A stretch of 64,000 bases of DNA from Octopus sinensis (taxonomy: Eukaryota): contig NC_043008.1 in the NCBI RefSeq assembly GCF_006345805.1, positions 20,212,001-20,276,000 on the forward strand. Reading direction: 5' to 3'. How positions within the stretch are numbered: the stretch's first letter is position 1; the number at the start of each line of letters is the position of its first letter. The notes beneath the pieces were generated by a model. That model saw only the letters and a program-made list of their open reading frames with translations. It was not told where the DNA came from and made no database searches. Of this stretch, positions 37,247 to 51,258 are shown in pieces. A program made the translations under genes and the position numbers.

Positions 37247-37360
37247 CAGAGTGTCCCCAAAAAATGTATACACACAGTGGTTCGGCAAAAGAGAACGATA
37301 GAATAAGTACTTGGCTTTACAATTATTTAAGGTGTGCATACATTTTTTGGGGACACCCTG
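37247..37360. mobile_element. Tc1-like MITE whose interior is a SINE-B fragment
   Basis: TA|CAGAGTGTCCCCAAAAAATGTATACACAC .. GTGTGCATACATTTTTTGGGGACACCCTG|TA. Interior GGTTCGGCAAAAGAGAACGATAGAATAAGTACT matches ~16926-16958. Confidence 0.85.
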
Positions 37361-38649
37361 TATATATATATGTTTGTCCATATATATATATGTATATATA
37401 TATATATCATCTTTACGTTCTTAGTTCAAATCCGGATCGAGATCGGTTTTGCCTATTATCTTTTCGGATTCGATAAAATGAATACCAGTCAAACGCTGGT
37501 GTTGTTGTAATCGATTTACGCTCTTACCCTGAAATTTCTATCCTTGTTTACAAATTTAAAACCAATATATAAGTAACATGGTTGATTTAAATTTCTTTGC
37601 TCTAACCAGCGTATCATTGTAAGCGTTGTTGACAAGCGAATTAATAAATTATTACATGCAAAAAGAATTGTATCGTCATGTGTTTTGACTAAATAAATAT
37701 TATATTATTTCAATTTGAAAAATAACTACTGTGGCTAAACTACGTGTGTGTTTACTAAAACCGCTAAATGGGAAGATTAGTCTATATATTTTCATATTTC
37801 TCTTACTATGTGTAAAATTTTTGTTAATCAATATGTTCAGTTCTTTCCGGTCGGACGATTATGCAAATTAGAGTCCATTTAAATTCTTCCTGAGTTTGCG
37901 TAAATTACAAACAGCAAAATAATCGATTGATACTTGGACAAAAAAAAAATGAATACCCGACATCATAATACACGCTAAATAACGCTGATAGTTTTGTATT
38001 TCTCTTCTTTTACTAACTTAAAACAGGAAATTCTCAACTTATTTTTGCCTTATTAGAGGAAAGACGTTAAAATGTGCTTACTCGCTATTTCTCTTACATC
38101 TGTGTATTACTGCTAAAAATAGTTCTCTGTGTATCTGTATGTTCGCGTATACGTGTACAGCGAAGAAAATGAATTTTTGATTTATTGAAATAATCTCCGC
38201 TTCTAGACACACTTGACGACTCGCTCCATGGCAATTGGCTCCAACTCCAAATAAGAAGGTGAAATAATCTGCATGTGACCCGTTTACTAAAGATAAAGTT
38301 CAATATTTGCTGCGATTCTGTAGTGTATTGTAGCAGACACACGTATCCACAGCAGTGTTCCTGTCTCTAGATAATCAGGGCATTTAAGTAATGACATTAA
38401 TACTGGTGAATACGTGATTATTGAGACGATCTCTCTTCATTGCTGTTCGTATCAATTGCTTTTGTTGACGCTCTTTGAAAGCAGAGATAATTTTATCAAC
38501 TCCATTCTTTTCTATCTCCTTCTCCATACTCTTATTCATCTTCGTACTTCAAATACGTCCCAGGCCACTCTCAGCAATGTTTCTTAGAGCATTAACGTTT
38601 TACTTATAAACACATACACACATATATACATACATACATATATACATCC

Positions 38650-38852
38650 ATATTTTCTCTGTTTATTTTCCCTCTTTATTTTCTCTTTTTTTACTTTTCT
38701 CTCCTTGTTTCTTTCTGTGTTCTTTTCTGTGGAAGAGCGTAGGCTCGAAACGTTAAAGACTTATTTCAATTACCGAGCATTTTACTAATACATCTGTTCG
38801 TTGTCGACACGACCTGTCTTCGTCTTTTGTTTGGTTTTTGTGAATTCTTCCT
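38650..38852 (+). mobile_element. Short PLE-like element with variant HHR (38720-38760)
   Basis: TCTTTt-CTGTGGA-a-GAGC gtag GCTC-GAAA-CG-TT-AAAGA; same family as 27096; flanked by (TACA)n. Confidence 0.7.
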
Positions 38853-40496
38853 ACATACATACATACGTACATACATACATACATACATACATACATACAT
38901 ACATACATACATACATACATACAAGCGCGTAACCTGCCTGCTACTAAGCACTATCTGAACAGACCAATGAACAATGCCAGTTTAGTGATAACCATCCAAT
39001 CTTTCTTTACAATAATACCTACCTATTTTTGTAATCTAAACCTTGTTTTCGTAATTATTTACATGCTTATCAAACTGGTCTATATAACAAAAAAGCAATT
39101 CTATTGTTCAACATCTCTTCCCAAGGGCGAGAAAGATTACAGTTTTTAAACTGCCATTTCCTTGTATTGAAGATGGTAGGCATTGTGATTTAACGCTACA
39201 GTTTCTAGTTTACAGAGCATGATAGGTTCCACCTTAGCAAAAAGAAAAAGAGAAACAAAGGCAAAAGTGCATTTACTGTTTTGATATGGTAGTATCTGGC
39301 TTTCAAAGCAAATACATTCGAAACCTTTCCAACTTACCCCATCTCAGTTCTTAGTCTCATGTATGACTATGTTCTCCAACTTTTGACTGTAGAGCTGTGA
39401 CAGCTATTTCTAGTATGTGGACAACAGTCACAAAAGTTCCCTTCGTGTCTGGCATAATTAGAATAGTGTCTCTCATTAGCCCCTCCTTTTGAGCCAGAAG
39501 CAAATCTCTGCAAGAGATTCGTCGTCAGGTTAACAGAAAAATTAGCAATTATATAAACCATTCTATTCTATTCCTACCTTGCTCATCTGGTTAACGGCGT
39601 TTGCATTAATGTATATTATCCTTAGTGCGACTGTTATTGAATTCTAGGATTTCTTTAACGCCTACCTTTATTCCTTCCATTCCTTTTTCCGATTCTATTC
39701 ATGTCATTTCTTCAATTTATACAATCTACACTTCTTTATTGTTTTCGTCTTTGTTTTTTCTTTCAATAATGTATATTTGTTTTTTCAGTGAGTATACAGG
39801 TGCATGTAGGTGTGCGAATATGTGTGCGTGAGTGAAAGCGGCAGAACGAGTGAGTTAGAAAGACAAAGAGAGAAATAGAAAGTGTGTGCGAGAAAGAATG
39901 GGTTTGCGATTTATACTCTCGGGGCTTCTCATGTCATACAGCTTATATGAAATATTGTGAAACCATATAAGAAACACTTATTAGACAATCTGCTTGCTAC
40001 TTGTTAGCTATTTCAAACAATATTATTAAGTGTGATCATTTTTCGCGCTAAAAAAAAAATAACTGCAATAGAATAAAACGTAAATGCATTATGTTTAAAG
40101 GTTTTCTTTCTATATTTTGCAAGTATAACACTTGACGAGTACAAAAACAAAAATGGAAATAACAACGGACACTAGAAGGAGAAAGAGAAAACTCCTACAA
40201 ATCAACGCCGACAACAAAAAAACATGAAGAAATATTTGTGCATAACAAATATAATGTATCTATGCAATATGGAGTTTATATGTTTTGATACAGACATTTG
40301 AATACATGCATTTCATACATACACGCATGTGTGTATGCGTGCGCGCGTATGTGTATTTGAGTGTGTGTGCGTACGATTGCGTGTGTGCTCCTGTGAGAAT
40401 GCCTGTGTATGTGTGTATATATATGTGTGTGTCTATGTGTGTGTGTGTGTGAGTGTGTGCGTATTTTGTATATATGTATGCATGCATGTATGTATT

Positions 40497-40713
40497 CGAA
40501 GGGGTGCTGAAAAGTTCCTCGCTATTGGTAAAAGAATATACAAAGAGGATCAGATAATTATGATTTTATTCAACATATTCCCTTCTCAGTTTCACACACT
40601 TTGTATAGCGGTCCATCAGTTGTTCTAAACCCTGTAAAAGAACTCGATTAGTTGGGCTCTATCTAGGCCTATCGCGACATCCTTAAAGTCAGGAGGTTTT
40701 CAGCACTCCTTCG
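40497..40713. mobile_element. mariner-type MITE
   Basis: TIRs CGAAGGGGTGCTGAAAAGTTCCT / AGGAGGTTTTCAGCACTCCTTCG|TA. Confidence 0.8.
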
Positions 40714-41541
40714 TACGTGTGTGTATTTATTTACACACACACACAGCACTTATATATACACTTATATATATATATATATGTATATATACACACCATATTA
40801 GATAATTGATTCAATGATCAATACAAGTTACACATGAAGAAAAAAAGAAGAATGGTTCATCTGGTGGTTCAAGTACTGCTTTATTATTTCTTATGCTGAC
40901 TTAAGCGCAACACAGCTAGATTGTAAAATTCATTCCACAACTTCCAACTCATCAGGCTGCTTGGGAAACAAGAGAACAATTTTTTTGTAGATTAATCAAC
41001 ATATTATCAACAAATGAAATTCTAATGGGAATATCAAGATTTAAAACACACTCACGCACACACTCACACACACACGCACACATAAGTACATACATATATA
41101 TTTAAAGAGGGAAAGAGAGAGACAGAGACAGACAAGCAGATTGACAGACAGACAGACAGACACATAGATATTTCACATTTGCATTGTGATGCAAGTATCC
41201 TGGCGTTAGATTTCATTATTCGTATGTTTCCGAACGAACCTTCTACTCGGTATAGTAGAGAACAGTAATACATATGAACTTCCATGTTTGAAGATCCGTT
41301 GAGGCTCTAGAGTGATACTCAAGTCCTCAAATATTTAGTGCATAGCATACTATAGCAGAAACAGATGTAAGGTAATGAAGTTTAAAACATACTCGTTTAT
41401 TTACCTGTCATCCTAGTTTGTTATATATGCATACATGCGTATCTATCTACCTATCTACCTATCTACCTATCTATCTATCTATCTATCTGTCTGTCTATCT
41501 AGCTGACTGTCTGTCTCTCTCTCTCTCTCTATCGATCCATT

Positions 41542-41636
<95 letters not shown>

Positions 41637-42655
41637 ATATATATATATATACTATTTCTCCCATTTTAGAGAAGCAAATGTTGAACGATATCAGAAAATC
41701 ACTAACATCAGTATTTTGTATTTTGATAATGAATGTCGTGAAAGGTTGATTATAATTTTTGTATCTGTGTCTATTTGAATGAGTATGTAGAACACATTTC
41801 TATGTTCATGTGAGACACGGGGTTCCTATCATTGTGAAAATCCGACAATTTCTAATTATTTGTTAACAAACAAGAACATGAGATATCTTTGTACGTGAAT
41901 GACTTCAATTACATGCATCAGATTCGTTAAAAAAAACCTTTATTTAGTTTCAAAATATTCAGGTCAGCTACCGTTTTATTTTTCTATATTTTTCCAATGC
42001 AGATATGAATGTCCACTTAAATCTGTGAATGTGCATTCATTGTATGAAAATATAATAAAATAAAACGAAATTTAAAATGAAGACAGAAGAATCATTAGAA
42101 AATATAATAACTTCATTTCAACATAATCCTCACTAAAAGATCAAACCAACAAAAAACTATATATCTTGATAATAGTGTTGATGAACTCAGTAATATTAAA
42201 TATAGTCGACACTAGCAAAGCCGGAAAGTCTGATTCTTTGATTAAAACACGCCACATACTTCAAAATATTCATATCATAATATCTAAAAGTCCAGATCAA
42301 AAAATCAGATGTTAAAAAAAAAATGAACGTTGTACAGATATTTCCAATAATTTCACAGCATAAACATATATAAATATTCATACAAGCATATATTAATAAA
42401 TGTATTTATTTATGTATCTATTTATTTAATATCCCTACTCTGTTTCATAACCATACGTATGCATATATGTGTAGATACATACATGCATATATAAATGTAT
42501 ACATGTGATACACAGATACACACATCGCTGGTATTTATAGTGTTAAACACTTTCGGTATGCAAATTAGGAACTCTGTCATAGCGTAACTGCTGCATTTGT
42601 TGAGTACATAAGAAGTTTGGCAGCTTGTTGCTATGGAGACTGTCAAAATGGTGTA

Positions 42656-42702
42656 GACGCCTCTGATGAGAACCCAAGAAGGTTCGAAAATCGACTAAGG
42701 TC
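42656..42702 (+). ncRNA. Near-canonical type-I hammerhead ribozyme motif
   Basis: GAcgCCT-CTGATGA-GAACC caagaa GGTTC-GAAA-ATCGAC-TA-AGGTC. Intact core, perfect 5-bp helix II, helix III one change from palindromic. Confidence 0.72.
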
Positions 42703-43041
42703 CCTCATTATTTTTCTTTAGTCTACCTCTGACATGTGGCACCCGTTGCACCTGTACAGATAATGTCGATGTGATGGAGGGAGGGAGTTTATGTCTACCC
42801 AAACATTTTACCAATGTAAACAAATCATCTGTTTTGTTGACCGGTAAGGAATTTTCGAGAGCCCATACATCGTCTAACGATGGGAGGGGTAAGTATAATC
42901 TGAGAGAACAGCTGTTCATGAAGAAATGTAACGAGGAGAAATTGTGTAACTGGTTATATTCCAACAATGGCACTTTATATCTTCATTACAAACCAGCTCC
43001 TTGATCAGAGGAAGAACCTAAGACAAAAAAGAGAAGAGAAC

Positions 43042-43193
<152 letters not shown>

Positions 43194-43324
43194 ATATATA
43201 TAGAATATGAAGGGTTTAGCTCACTCGTGATCTTATCTGAACGAACAGGCACCCTGAGTATGTGCTGTAATTGATCATCCTTTAGGTTCAGTTTTCACTG
43301 ATGAGGCTTGAACTAGGGATCTGT

Positions 43325-43787
43325 ATTAGGCGTCGCGTTAACATCTATACATTAAAGGAAAAAAATAATAAAAACCAAAACAGGACGAGTAAGTCAAGGC
43401 ACTTATATTAATTTAATTAGGGTAAAGTGAATTTGAAGCCTTACAGCTGTTTCTGAGGGCTCCCAAGTGATAGACTAGCATGTCTATACACTGGGGATTT
43501 CATCTTCAGAGACAAGGTGAACTTGTATGAACGTTCTAAACAGGGATATTCACAGCGCTTATAAGGAATAAAATAGAAGAATAAAGTGTAAAAGTAGATG
43601 GAATTTGCCTGTCCACAACTTTTATACATAATTTATCTCTGATGACGTAATATTCAGTGTACTGACATTGTAGCCTATCCCAGAAACAGGTATAGGACTT
43701 CAAATTCAACTTAGACTAATTAAATTATTGTAAATAACTTGAGATACTCGTCCTGCCTTGTTTTTGTTGTCCTTTTCCTCTATATAC

Positions 43788-43790
<3 letters not shown>
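43325..43790. mobile_element. Inverted pair of PLE-like termini (minus 43325-43515, plus 43635-43790), each with an HHR
   Basis: Shared CTTCAAATTCA..CTAATTAAATTA..CTTGA..TACTCGTCCTG in opposite orientations. Confidence 0.75.
43438..43513 (-). ncRNA. Core-intact hammerhead ribozyme motif with extended helix II
   Basis: GTCT-CTGAAGA-TGAaaTCCCcAGTGtATAGACatgctaGTCTATCACTtGGGAgcccTCA-GAAA-CAGCTG-TA-AGGC. Confidence 0.78.
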
Positions 43791-43877
<87 letters not shown>

Positions 43878-44881
43878 TACACACATATATACATTTTTTG
43901 TAACAGTCAGCTAGACAGAGTAAGGTTATTAAATAAAATGTTACGCTAAATCATACATAATTATGCTCGTAGGAACAGTTATACGTTTTTTTGTAAATCG
44001 TATGGGCTTCCTTCCTGAATCCTTGATACGGTAGAGGCGATGATCTCGTTGCTCCTATCGTGTCTCGAGCACTTTTGGACCTAACATAGACCGTCGTCTC
44101 CAAATCCTATCAAAGGCTATTCCAGGTCAAGAAAGGAATGGAAAGAATGAGTTTGGAATTGACTCCAGTTCAGAATTATGAATTATATTTTCGTTCGTGA
44201 GATTAATACAAATCAATCTACCCATCATATTGTCGATTATCCAGTTGGACACCTCCACCTTCCCCAAATATGTATGTATGTATGTATGTATGTATATATG
44301 TATGTATGTATGTATGTATGTGTGCGTGAGTGGTTGCGTGTGTGTGTTTGTGTGTCTGTGTAGTTGAGTATGTGTGCGTTTTGGCACTATTCAAGTAGGT
44401 TGGCTGATAAACACAATAATATAATTGCATTACCCATTATAAATAATTTCTAGTTTATCTTGATTATAATGCCACATTAACATATAAATGAAATTTCTAT
44501 TTCTTGAGGAATTTATAAAATAACAAAACAAGATTCTCAATTCGTCCTTATCACTTTTCTATATAACATTCAACGAGTTTTTTTAAGAATCAAATTTACT
44601 CAGTATTTCAATTTAATACATTCTTATCTAACCAAAAACAGACTCCGTTCTTTCGGTAGAGAAGATACTGCTTTATTATTTCAACATTTCTCTATTTCTG
44701 TACTTCATATCACGCCAGCCAGATACAATCCATAAATGTATGTTACTCAATGTGTGCCTATGTGCTCGCATGCACGTATGCGTACACACGCTTTTATATA
44801 TCTCTGTAGTGCACAGATACACGCACACAAGCACTCACACACGCATACACACGCATGCATATAAGTACATAATATGTATAC

Positions 44882-44929
<48 letters not shown>

Positions 44930-45011
44930 TATATACATATACATATATACGTACATATATCTATATGTAAAATCATTAATATATATATATATATAATATA
45001 TATATATATAT

Positions 45012-45042
<31 letters not shown>

Positions 45043-45436
45043 TATATATATGTATATATGTATATATATATATATACATATACATATATACGTACATATA
45101 TCTATATGTAATATCATTAATGCACGAAGTATGTGAGGCGGATATATATCTATTTAACCATGTGAATTCCATTGGATTGAGGACATGTTTCAGCCCTCTT
45201 CACTTAGTATTAATTTCAGTATGGATCGCCGCACAGTTCCACACGCTGAAATTAATATTACATAAGAAGTTTGCAAACGACCCTAATCTTATAGAAGTCA
45301 CATGGTTAAATAAATACATATTCACCTCCTCACTTTATCGGTTTACATACGCTACATGAAATAATTTTATTAAACGGATCATCTTTATGTACGCATGTAT
45401 CTATATATCTATCTATCTACCTATCTATCTATCTCT

Positions 45437-45497
<61 letters not shown>

Positions 45498-45587
45498 CTA
45501 CACACACATTTACGTACATACTCATAAATATATGCATACATAAACACACTCATATATGCCATAAATATACTTACACTCACACGTATG

Positions 45588-45653
<66 letters not shown>

Positions 45654-46159
45654 CAGAAATACAGACAGACAAATACATAGACATACGGATACATACATAT
45701 ATCCATACATGCATGCATACATACATAGATACATACATACTTATTAGTAAGAAAAGCAACCGCAGTTAGAGTAAACATTATGTGTTGCATTGATATCGTT
45801 GGAATATAATTCTCTACTTTGTAGTATTGTAATAGATGTTCATTGCTTTATCCTCCAGTTATGCACAAATCTATTATTTTACAATGTGATTTAAAGTTGG
45901 TAATAGTTTCGAAATATTTATGATTCAAATAAATATCAAGTTATGGACCAACGTTGTAAAATATTCTACACGAACGATATTTCGTTTGGTGCAACGAGAA
46001 ACATTTTAATATTCTGGTATTTTCGTACGCTATGACGTAATCTACAAACGTTTTTGTACTTGCGCGCAGTTGTAAGCATTTTAATCTTTCTAGCATAGTA
46101 TAGTTTGCTCTAAGACAACATCCATATTTAAATGAACATAAACATTGATTACGAATTCT

Positions 46160-46359
46160 GGCACAAGGCCAGCAATTTTGGGAGCGGTGTAAGTCGATTA
46201 TATCGACCCCAGTGTTCCACTGGTATTTATTTTATTGACCCCGAAAGGATAAAATGCAAAGTCGTCCTTTGTGGAGTCTGAACGCAGAACGTAAAGGCAG
46301 ACGACATGCTGTTAAGTATTTTGCTCGTCGTGCTAACCATTCCGCCAGCTCGCCGCCTT
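46160..46359 (-). mobile_element. SINE family C, older copy
   Basis: AAGGCGGCGAGCTGGCGGAATGGTTAG head on the minus strand; conserved GACCCCGAAAGGAT body. Confidence 0.85.
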
Positions 46360-46479
46360 GAAGTGGGAATAAATGTTACCTTTCCGTATTAATATTGCCT
46401 TCATTGCTAATAAATATCTTTAACCAGCTCACTCGTTAATCGCGACATTCGTTAATCTCGATCCGGCGCTTTAATTCTA

Positions 46480-47018
46480 TTGGGTTGTCCGGAAAGTTAG
46501 TGCCGATTCACAGTAGCTTCCCTTTCGACTTATTTTATGACATGGTTGAGTCCATAGAATAGGATTTGACTGCACATCCATTTAGAGCACAGTTTAAGCT
46601 ATCTTTCCGTGGAAGAAGATTTATGTTCCTATAACATGTGTTAATTCTGTAACCCTTTAAAATGGAAGAAATGGAAGATAAGAAAGTTCATTTTCGACAC
46701 TTGATGCTTTAGGAACCAGACAAAAATTGCTGCAGCTCGGCTGAGATGTGTTACCCCACCCTCCATATTCACCAGATATTGCTCCTTCGGATTTTTACTT
46801 ATTCAATTCTCTGCAGAATAGCCTTAATGGTAAAAATTTCAATTCCTTGGATGACGTAAAAATATACCCTGGTGAATTCTTTGCCATCAAACCACCTCAA
46901 TTCTAGGAAGAGGGTATTTTCAAGTTAAAGGAAAGATGGGGATGCATTGTGCAACGGAATGGTTCATATTTGGTTGATTAAAAATGTAAAATCGGTACAA
47001 ACTTTCCGGACAACCCAA
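46480..47018 (+). mobile_element. Internally deleted mariner element with both TIRs
   Basis: TA|TTGGGTTGTCCGGAAAGTT..AACTTTCCGGACAACCCAA|TA. MEDKKVHFRHLML is joined to VLPHPPYSPDIAPSDFYLFNSLQNSL...LKERWGCIVQRNGSYLVD*. Confidence 0.93.
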
Positions 47019-49448
47019 TATATATCGCTGGCGGAGGATGAATTGCTGCTTTCTGTAGTGGTAGAGGGTTCATCATTGGCACTACCAAAGAAGGTCGAAA
47101 TTACGTGATCTGGTGGTGTCGGTGCTGGAGGTGACAGGGATTTATCTCCCCGTTAGCGACACAAACTGGAGTGCATTTGCACCAAAAGACAAAACCAGAA
47201 CTCCTCTCCTGGTAACTACCGCAGTATAGTTTGTTCTAACAGAACAACCGCGTTTAAATGAGCATAAATATTTAATCTTATTATCTGCCGTCTATCGTCT
47301 GCATATTTACAAAACTACTTCTTTTCTAGAAATAATTCGATACTATTTGAAGTAATGTTTCCATGTAATCATTGTGTGTGTGTGTGTTTATTTTATTTTT
47401 AGTCTGACTCAAAATATTTATCTGTAAAACCAAGTGGCAGTTAAAGCACTGAGATCGTTTAATCGACTAACGCTTTTCTCTCAAAACTGTTGGCCTTTCG
47501 CCCAAACTGGATATTCTAGGGCGGTGAATATATAGAATCGTTAGATCATCGGCTTAATGCATTCTGGTTTTGCTTCCGGCTCTTCACTTGCTAAGATCCA
47601 ATCCTTCCGGCATTAGCTTTATCTTTTATCCATTCGGAGTTGAAGAAAGTACCATTGAAGGACCGCGGGCGATAAAATTGACTAATTACCTTCATTCAAG
47701 ATATATGGATTTGAGCTTAAATTGGAAAGGATTACAATTTTAAACTGCATTTTGTTACATTGCCTTACATTCTAAGCTCAATTACCGTCAAAGTAAACCC
47801 TGTCATTCATCCCTTTGGTTAAATAAAAAATAAAATGTATCAGTCATGAAATAGGACAGATCGATTTAGTTCCATCTACCCTTGAAAACAACTGAAATTC
47901 TTCCTAGATTATAAATTTATAAATTTGTTTATTTTTCTCTTTATGTTTTCATTTATTTCGGTTTTTATCGTTCTAAGGGCTAACAACATTGCTTTTAGAT
48001 TTAGTATGTTTATGGAGTCTTTTTTTATATTTTTATCATCGATTGACTCAAAATCCTCTAACGACAGGTTCTTCTGTGTATATATGCATGTATTTTTGTG
48101 TTTGTGTATGTGTGCATGTGTATATGTTTATATGTTTGGTCACGTAAAAGCATTTTTTCCAACCTTCCGGATGAATGCATAACGCGATATATAACCTGTA
48201 ACATAGAATACGGAAAATATGAAAAAAAAAAAACAAGAAGAAATTCACATACTGCATTTGTTTACTGTACGATTATTTTTTATGAAATCTTATATATATT
48301 GTTTTAAAGAATATCAATATTACAACGGAAAAAATAAAAAATATAACTGAAGAATTCCGGGTATTTTTAGATTGTATTTTTTGTTTTCATACTGGAACTG
48401 TCTGATATAATGCCTGGCCTTAGTACATTCCATCGAGCATTGGTTACCGATTCATCCGTATTGGCATCATATAAGTGCTGCTCATTCATTCTGGATTATA
48501 GGATGCTTTGTTCAGAAATTCTTCCACATCGGTTTCAACTTACCACGCAGCTAGAATTTTTTTTTTTTAAAAAAAAGAACAAAACTTAAGAAAAAAATAA
48601 TAGAAAAACAATACTTTGCCAAATTGGAAAACGATAGAAGCAATGAATCGTTTTGAAATGAATTTTCCTGAACTGGCCCAAAGCACACGAATGCATTAAT
48701 ATCCAAATTTAAGCAATTTGAATTCTTTTATGAAATACTGAAATAGAATACGGGCGGGAGGAAAAGAAAGAAATAAAATAAATCGAGACAAGAAAAAATT
48801 AAAGTTATTGATCTACTGATTCAGATTCAGTCTTCCGAATATTTCCTTGGAGATGAGTCTAATATGAGAAATAAGTTTGGATTTTCGCCAGATTTGCACA
48901 GCTGTGTGAAGCTGCTTCTGCAGAGAAAAATATGATTGTTATTGTGAATGAGACAAGATATACATGCTGGAAAAATTTAAGTAGAGGAAAAATAATCGAA
49001 GAAAAAAACAATAATTATATTTTCGTGTTTTTACACCAGCTTTAAAACAGAGACCATAAGTTTTGAATAAGTGGTAATAGATCCAAGTGTATACATATAT
49101 ATATATGTAAATACATTCATGTATGTATGTATTCAATCTTAACTGTCCGACGACCGGTAAAGTCTGGGTAGTAGTTTATTATTGTATTTTTGTGGTGTTT
49201 TTACAGCTTTCATAATAATAAAGTGTATATATATATATATATATATATAAAGTTAATCCAAACAAGAAAGCACAAAAAAAACACAACAAAGCGAGGACAT
49301 GGAACAAATATAGTATTACACACTTATTGTCCTCAGCCCATCTGGAAATTGTGTACATAAATAAATATAAACACACGCATACATACATACATACATGAAT
49401 GCATACATATATACATAACGAGCTCTCCAACCATACAAACACACAAAC

Positions 49449-49518
<70 letters not shown>

Positions 49519-49549
49519 CGTATACATATATACCTTGACATCCTTGTTA

Positions 49550-49610
<61 letters not shown>

Positions 49611-49616
49611 TATATT

Positions 49617-49661
<45 letters not shown>

Positions 49662-50084
49662 ATATGTATATATATGCATTCATTACATCGATGTGCGTAA
49701 GTTCATGATATATATATATATATGTGTGTATGTGTGTGTGTGTGTGTGTGAGGGTGATTGTGTGGTTGTGTGTTTGTGTAGAGTGTGTTCATCTTAGTGT
49801 TTGTTTACAGAAAACCGTTCGTCATTCCGTGATGGTTTGTTTATGTTCCGCTATCTTAGAAGATCGGCTAAAAGACAAATTTGGCAAGATAGGTATTATC
49901 TTGAACGCGAATAACTGAAAAGAATACAAACAGCTTTCACTGTAATGAAATATGAGTTTGAAGATGAAATATATTTGCATTCCGTATTTTATAAAATATA
50001 GATGAACGATGGGCATTGTGGTAGCAAAAAATGCCGCCTCTCCAAATTTACGCAAAATTTGATGAGTACATACATACATACAAT

Positions 50085-50245
50085 AATCTTCCGCACAGTT
50101 TCCTTCTGTCAGTGTAGCAAATTATTCCATAAGTTGCTGGATGATGCCGTGGTATAGTTGAAGACACTCGCCTTCGGTGCCGCTTCATTGGACTGGATCC
50201 GAAATTGCGGGCTTTGGAAGGGAACATCTTAACCAAATAGCCGGG
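50085..50245 (-). mobile_element. Old SINE family B-related head fragment
   Basis: CTTCC..CAGTTTCC.TCT..CA....GGTATAGT.GAAGACACT.GCC..GGTGCC..ATTGGACTG matches the family B reverse complement. Confidence 0.6.
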
Positions 50246-51258
50246 AGAGAGAATTCCGTGCATATATACCGAGGTTCATAAGATAAGTAATAAAAACTAA
50301 AGTATTCACACTATGTAAAGCAGAAAAATGCCCCAAGGAATACTCTGTAAGGGCGTCAATGTTAATAAAGCTTTAGACTTTCATTTCGGTACAAGTCAGT
50401 CATCACTAGCAACATGTAGGAAATTACCACATGTACCATGCTTCCACTGATTGTTTTAGGTATCAATATAGTCTAGGGCACAGAGAGACATCCTCTCTAT
50501 TCCTTCCCAGTGGTATATCCCAGATGCGATAGCTAGGAGGTACTTGTTACAGCTAAGTATTGGAGAAACATAAAATGCTTCGCATCATTCAATGATATTA
50601 CGTGTATTTGATCCACGGATTGAACGGATTTCATTATTCCCTAAACCCTGGAACCACTATTCCATAAGTTTCCCACGTGTTGCCTTTTGTAGAAAAATGA
50701 ATTAGGAGAGAGAGAGAGAGGGGGAGGAGGGTTAGCCATACTTGGGCAGTAAATATTGAACAGTAACTTGAAATCCACATCATGGTTAAGCAGTATTCCA
50801 ACAGGAAGTTTAAAGAAATTGGAACTTAGTCCTATTATATAACCAACTAAAGATATCTGCATTTATTGCGATTAAAATAATGCCTGAAGCTATAATGATT
50901 ATAGGTAACCATGGGTCAGATATAGTTGTTAGAGAAGCGCCAATGCATGAAATAGCGATATTGATATTTCTTGGGGATTCCCTAATGGAGATCAGAGTAC
51001 ACTTTGAGAATTATGAGCATCACTAGCGATAAATTGCAATTGTTCGGATATTAAATTACATAACATATTGTTAATGCTAGAATATTTCAGAGAATTCCCT
51101 AATGAATTCAATGGAAAGTTGGCAAAGATAACTTTTAAAAATGTAGATCAAATTGCTCATATTAGATATTGACTGGTTAGGAGTTAATACCCCGTAATAC
51201 AGAATTCTCCCTACTTTAGGCACAAGGCCTTTAGCTCATCTCACAACCACTTGATACC

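Noticed and set aside
39200-39540. Possible hAT transposase remnant on the minus strand (GSKGG...CDCCPH)
   Set aside because: Only a vague resemblance to the DGA..G...C..H motif; no TIRs or further motifs.
42771-43004. 77-aa complex-looking ORF
   Set aside because: Lies between inverted termini of an HHR-bearing repeat; no recognisable domain or splice support.
43277-43322. CTGATGA at ~43298 as a hammerhead core
   Set aside because: No downstream GAAA or helix II; the motif lies at the apex of an unrelated hairpin.
44930-45121. Duplicated ~50-bp sequence (..CGTACATATATCTATATGTAA.ATCATTAAT)
   Set aside because: Local tandem duplication within a TA microsatellite, due to slippage or assembly; no functional signal.
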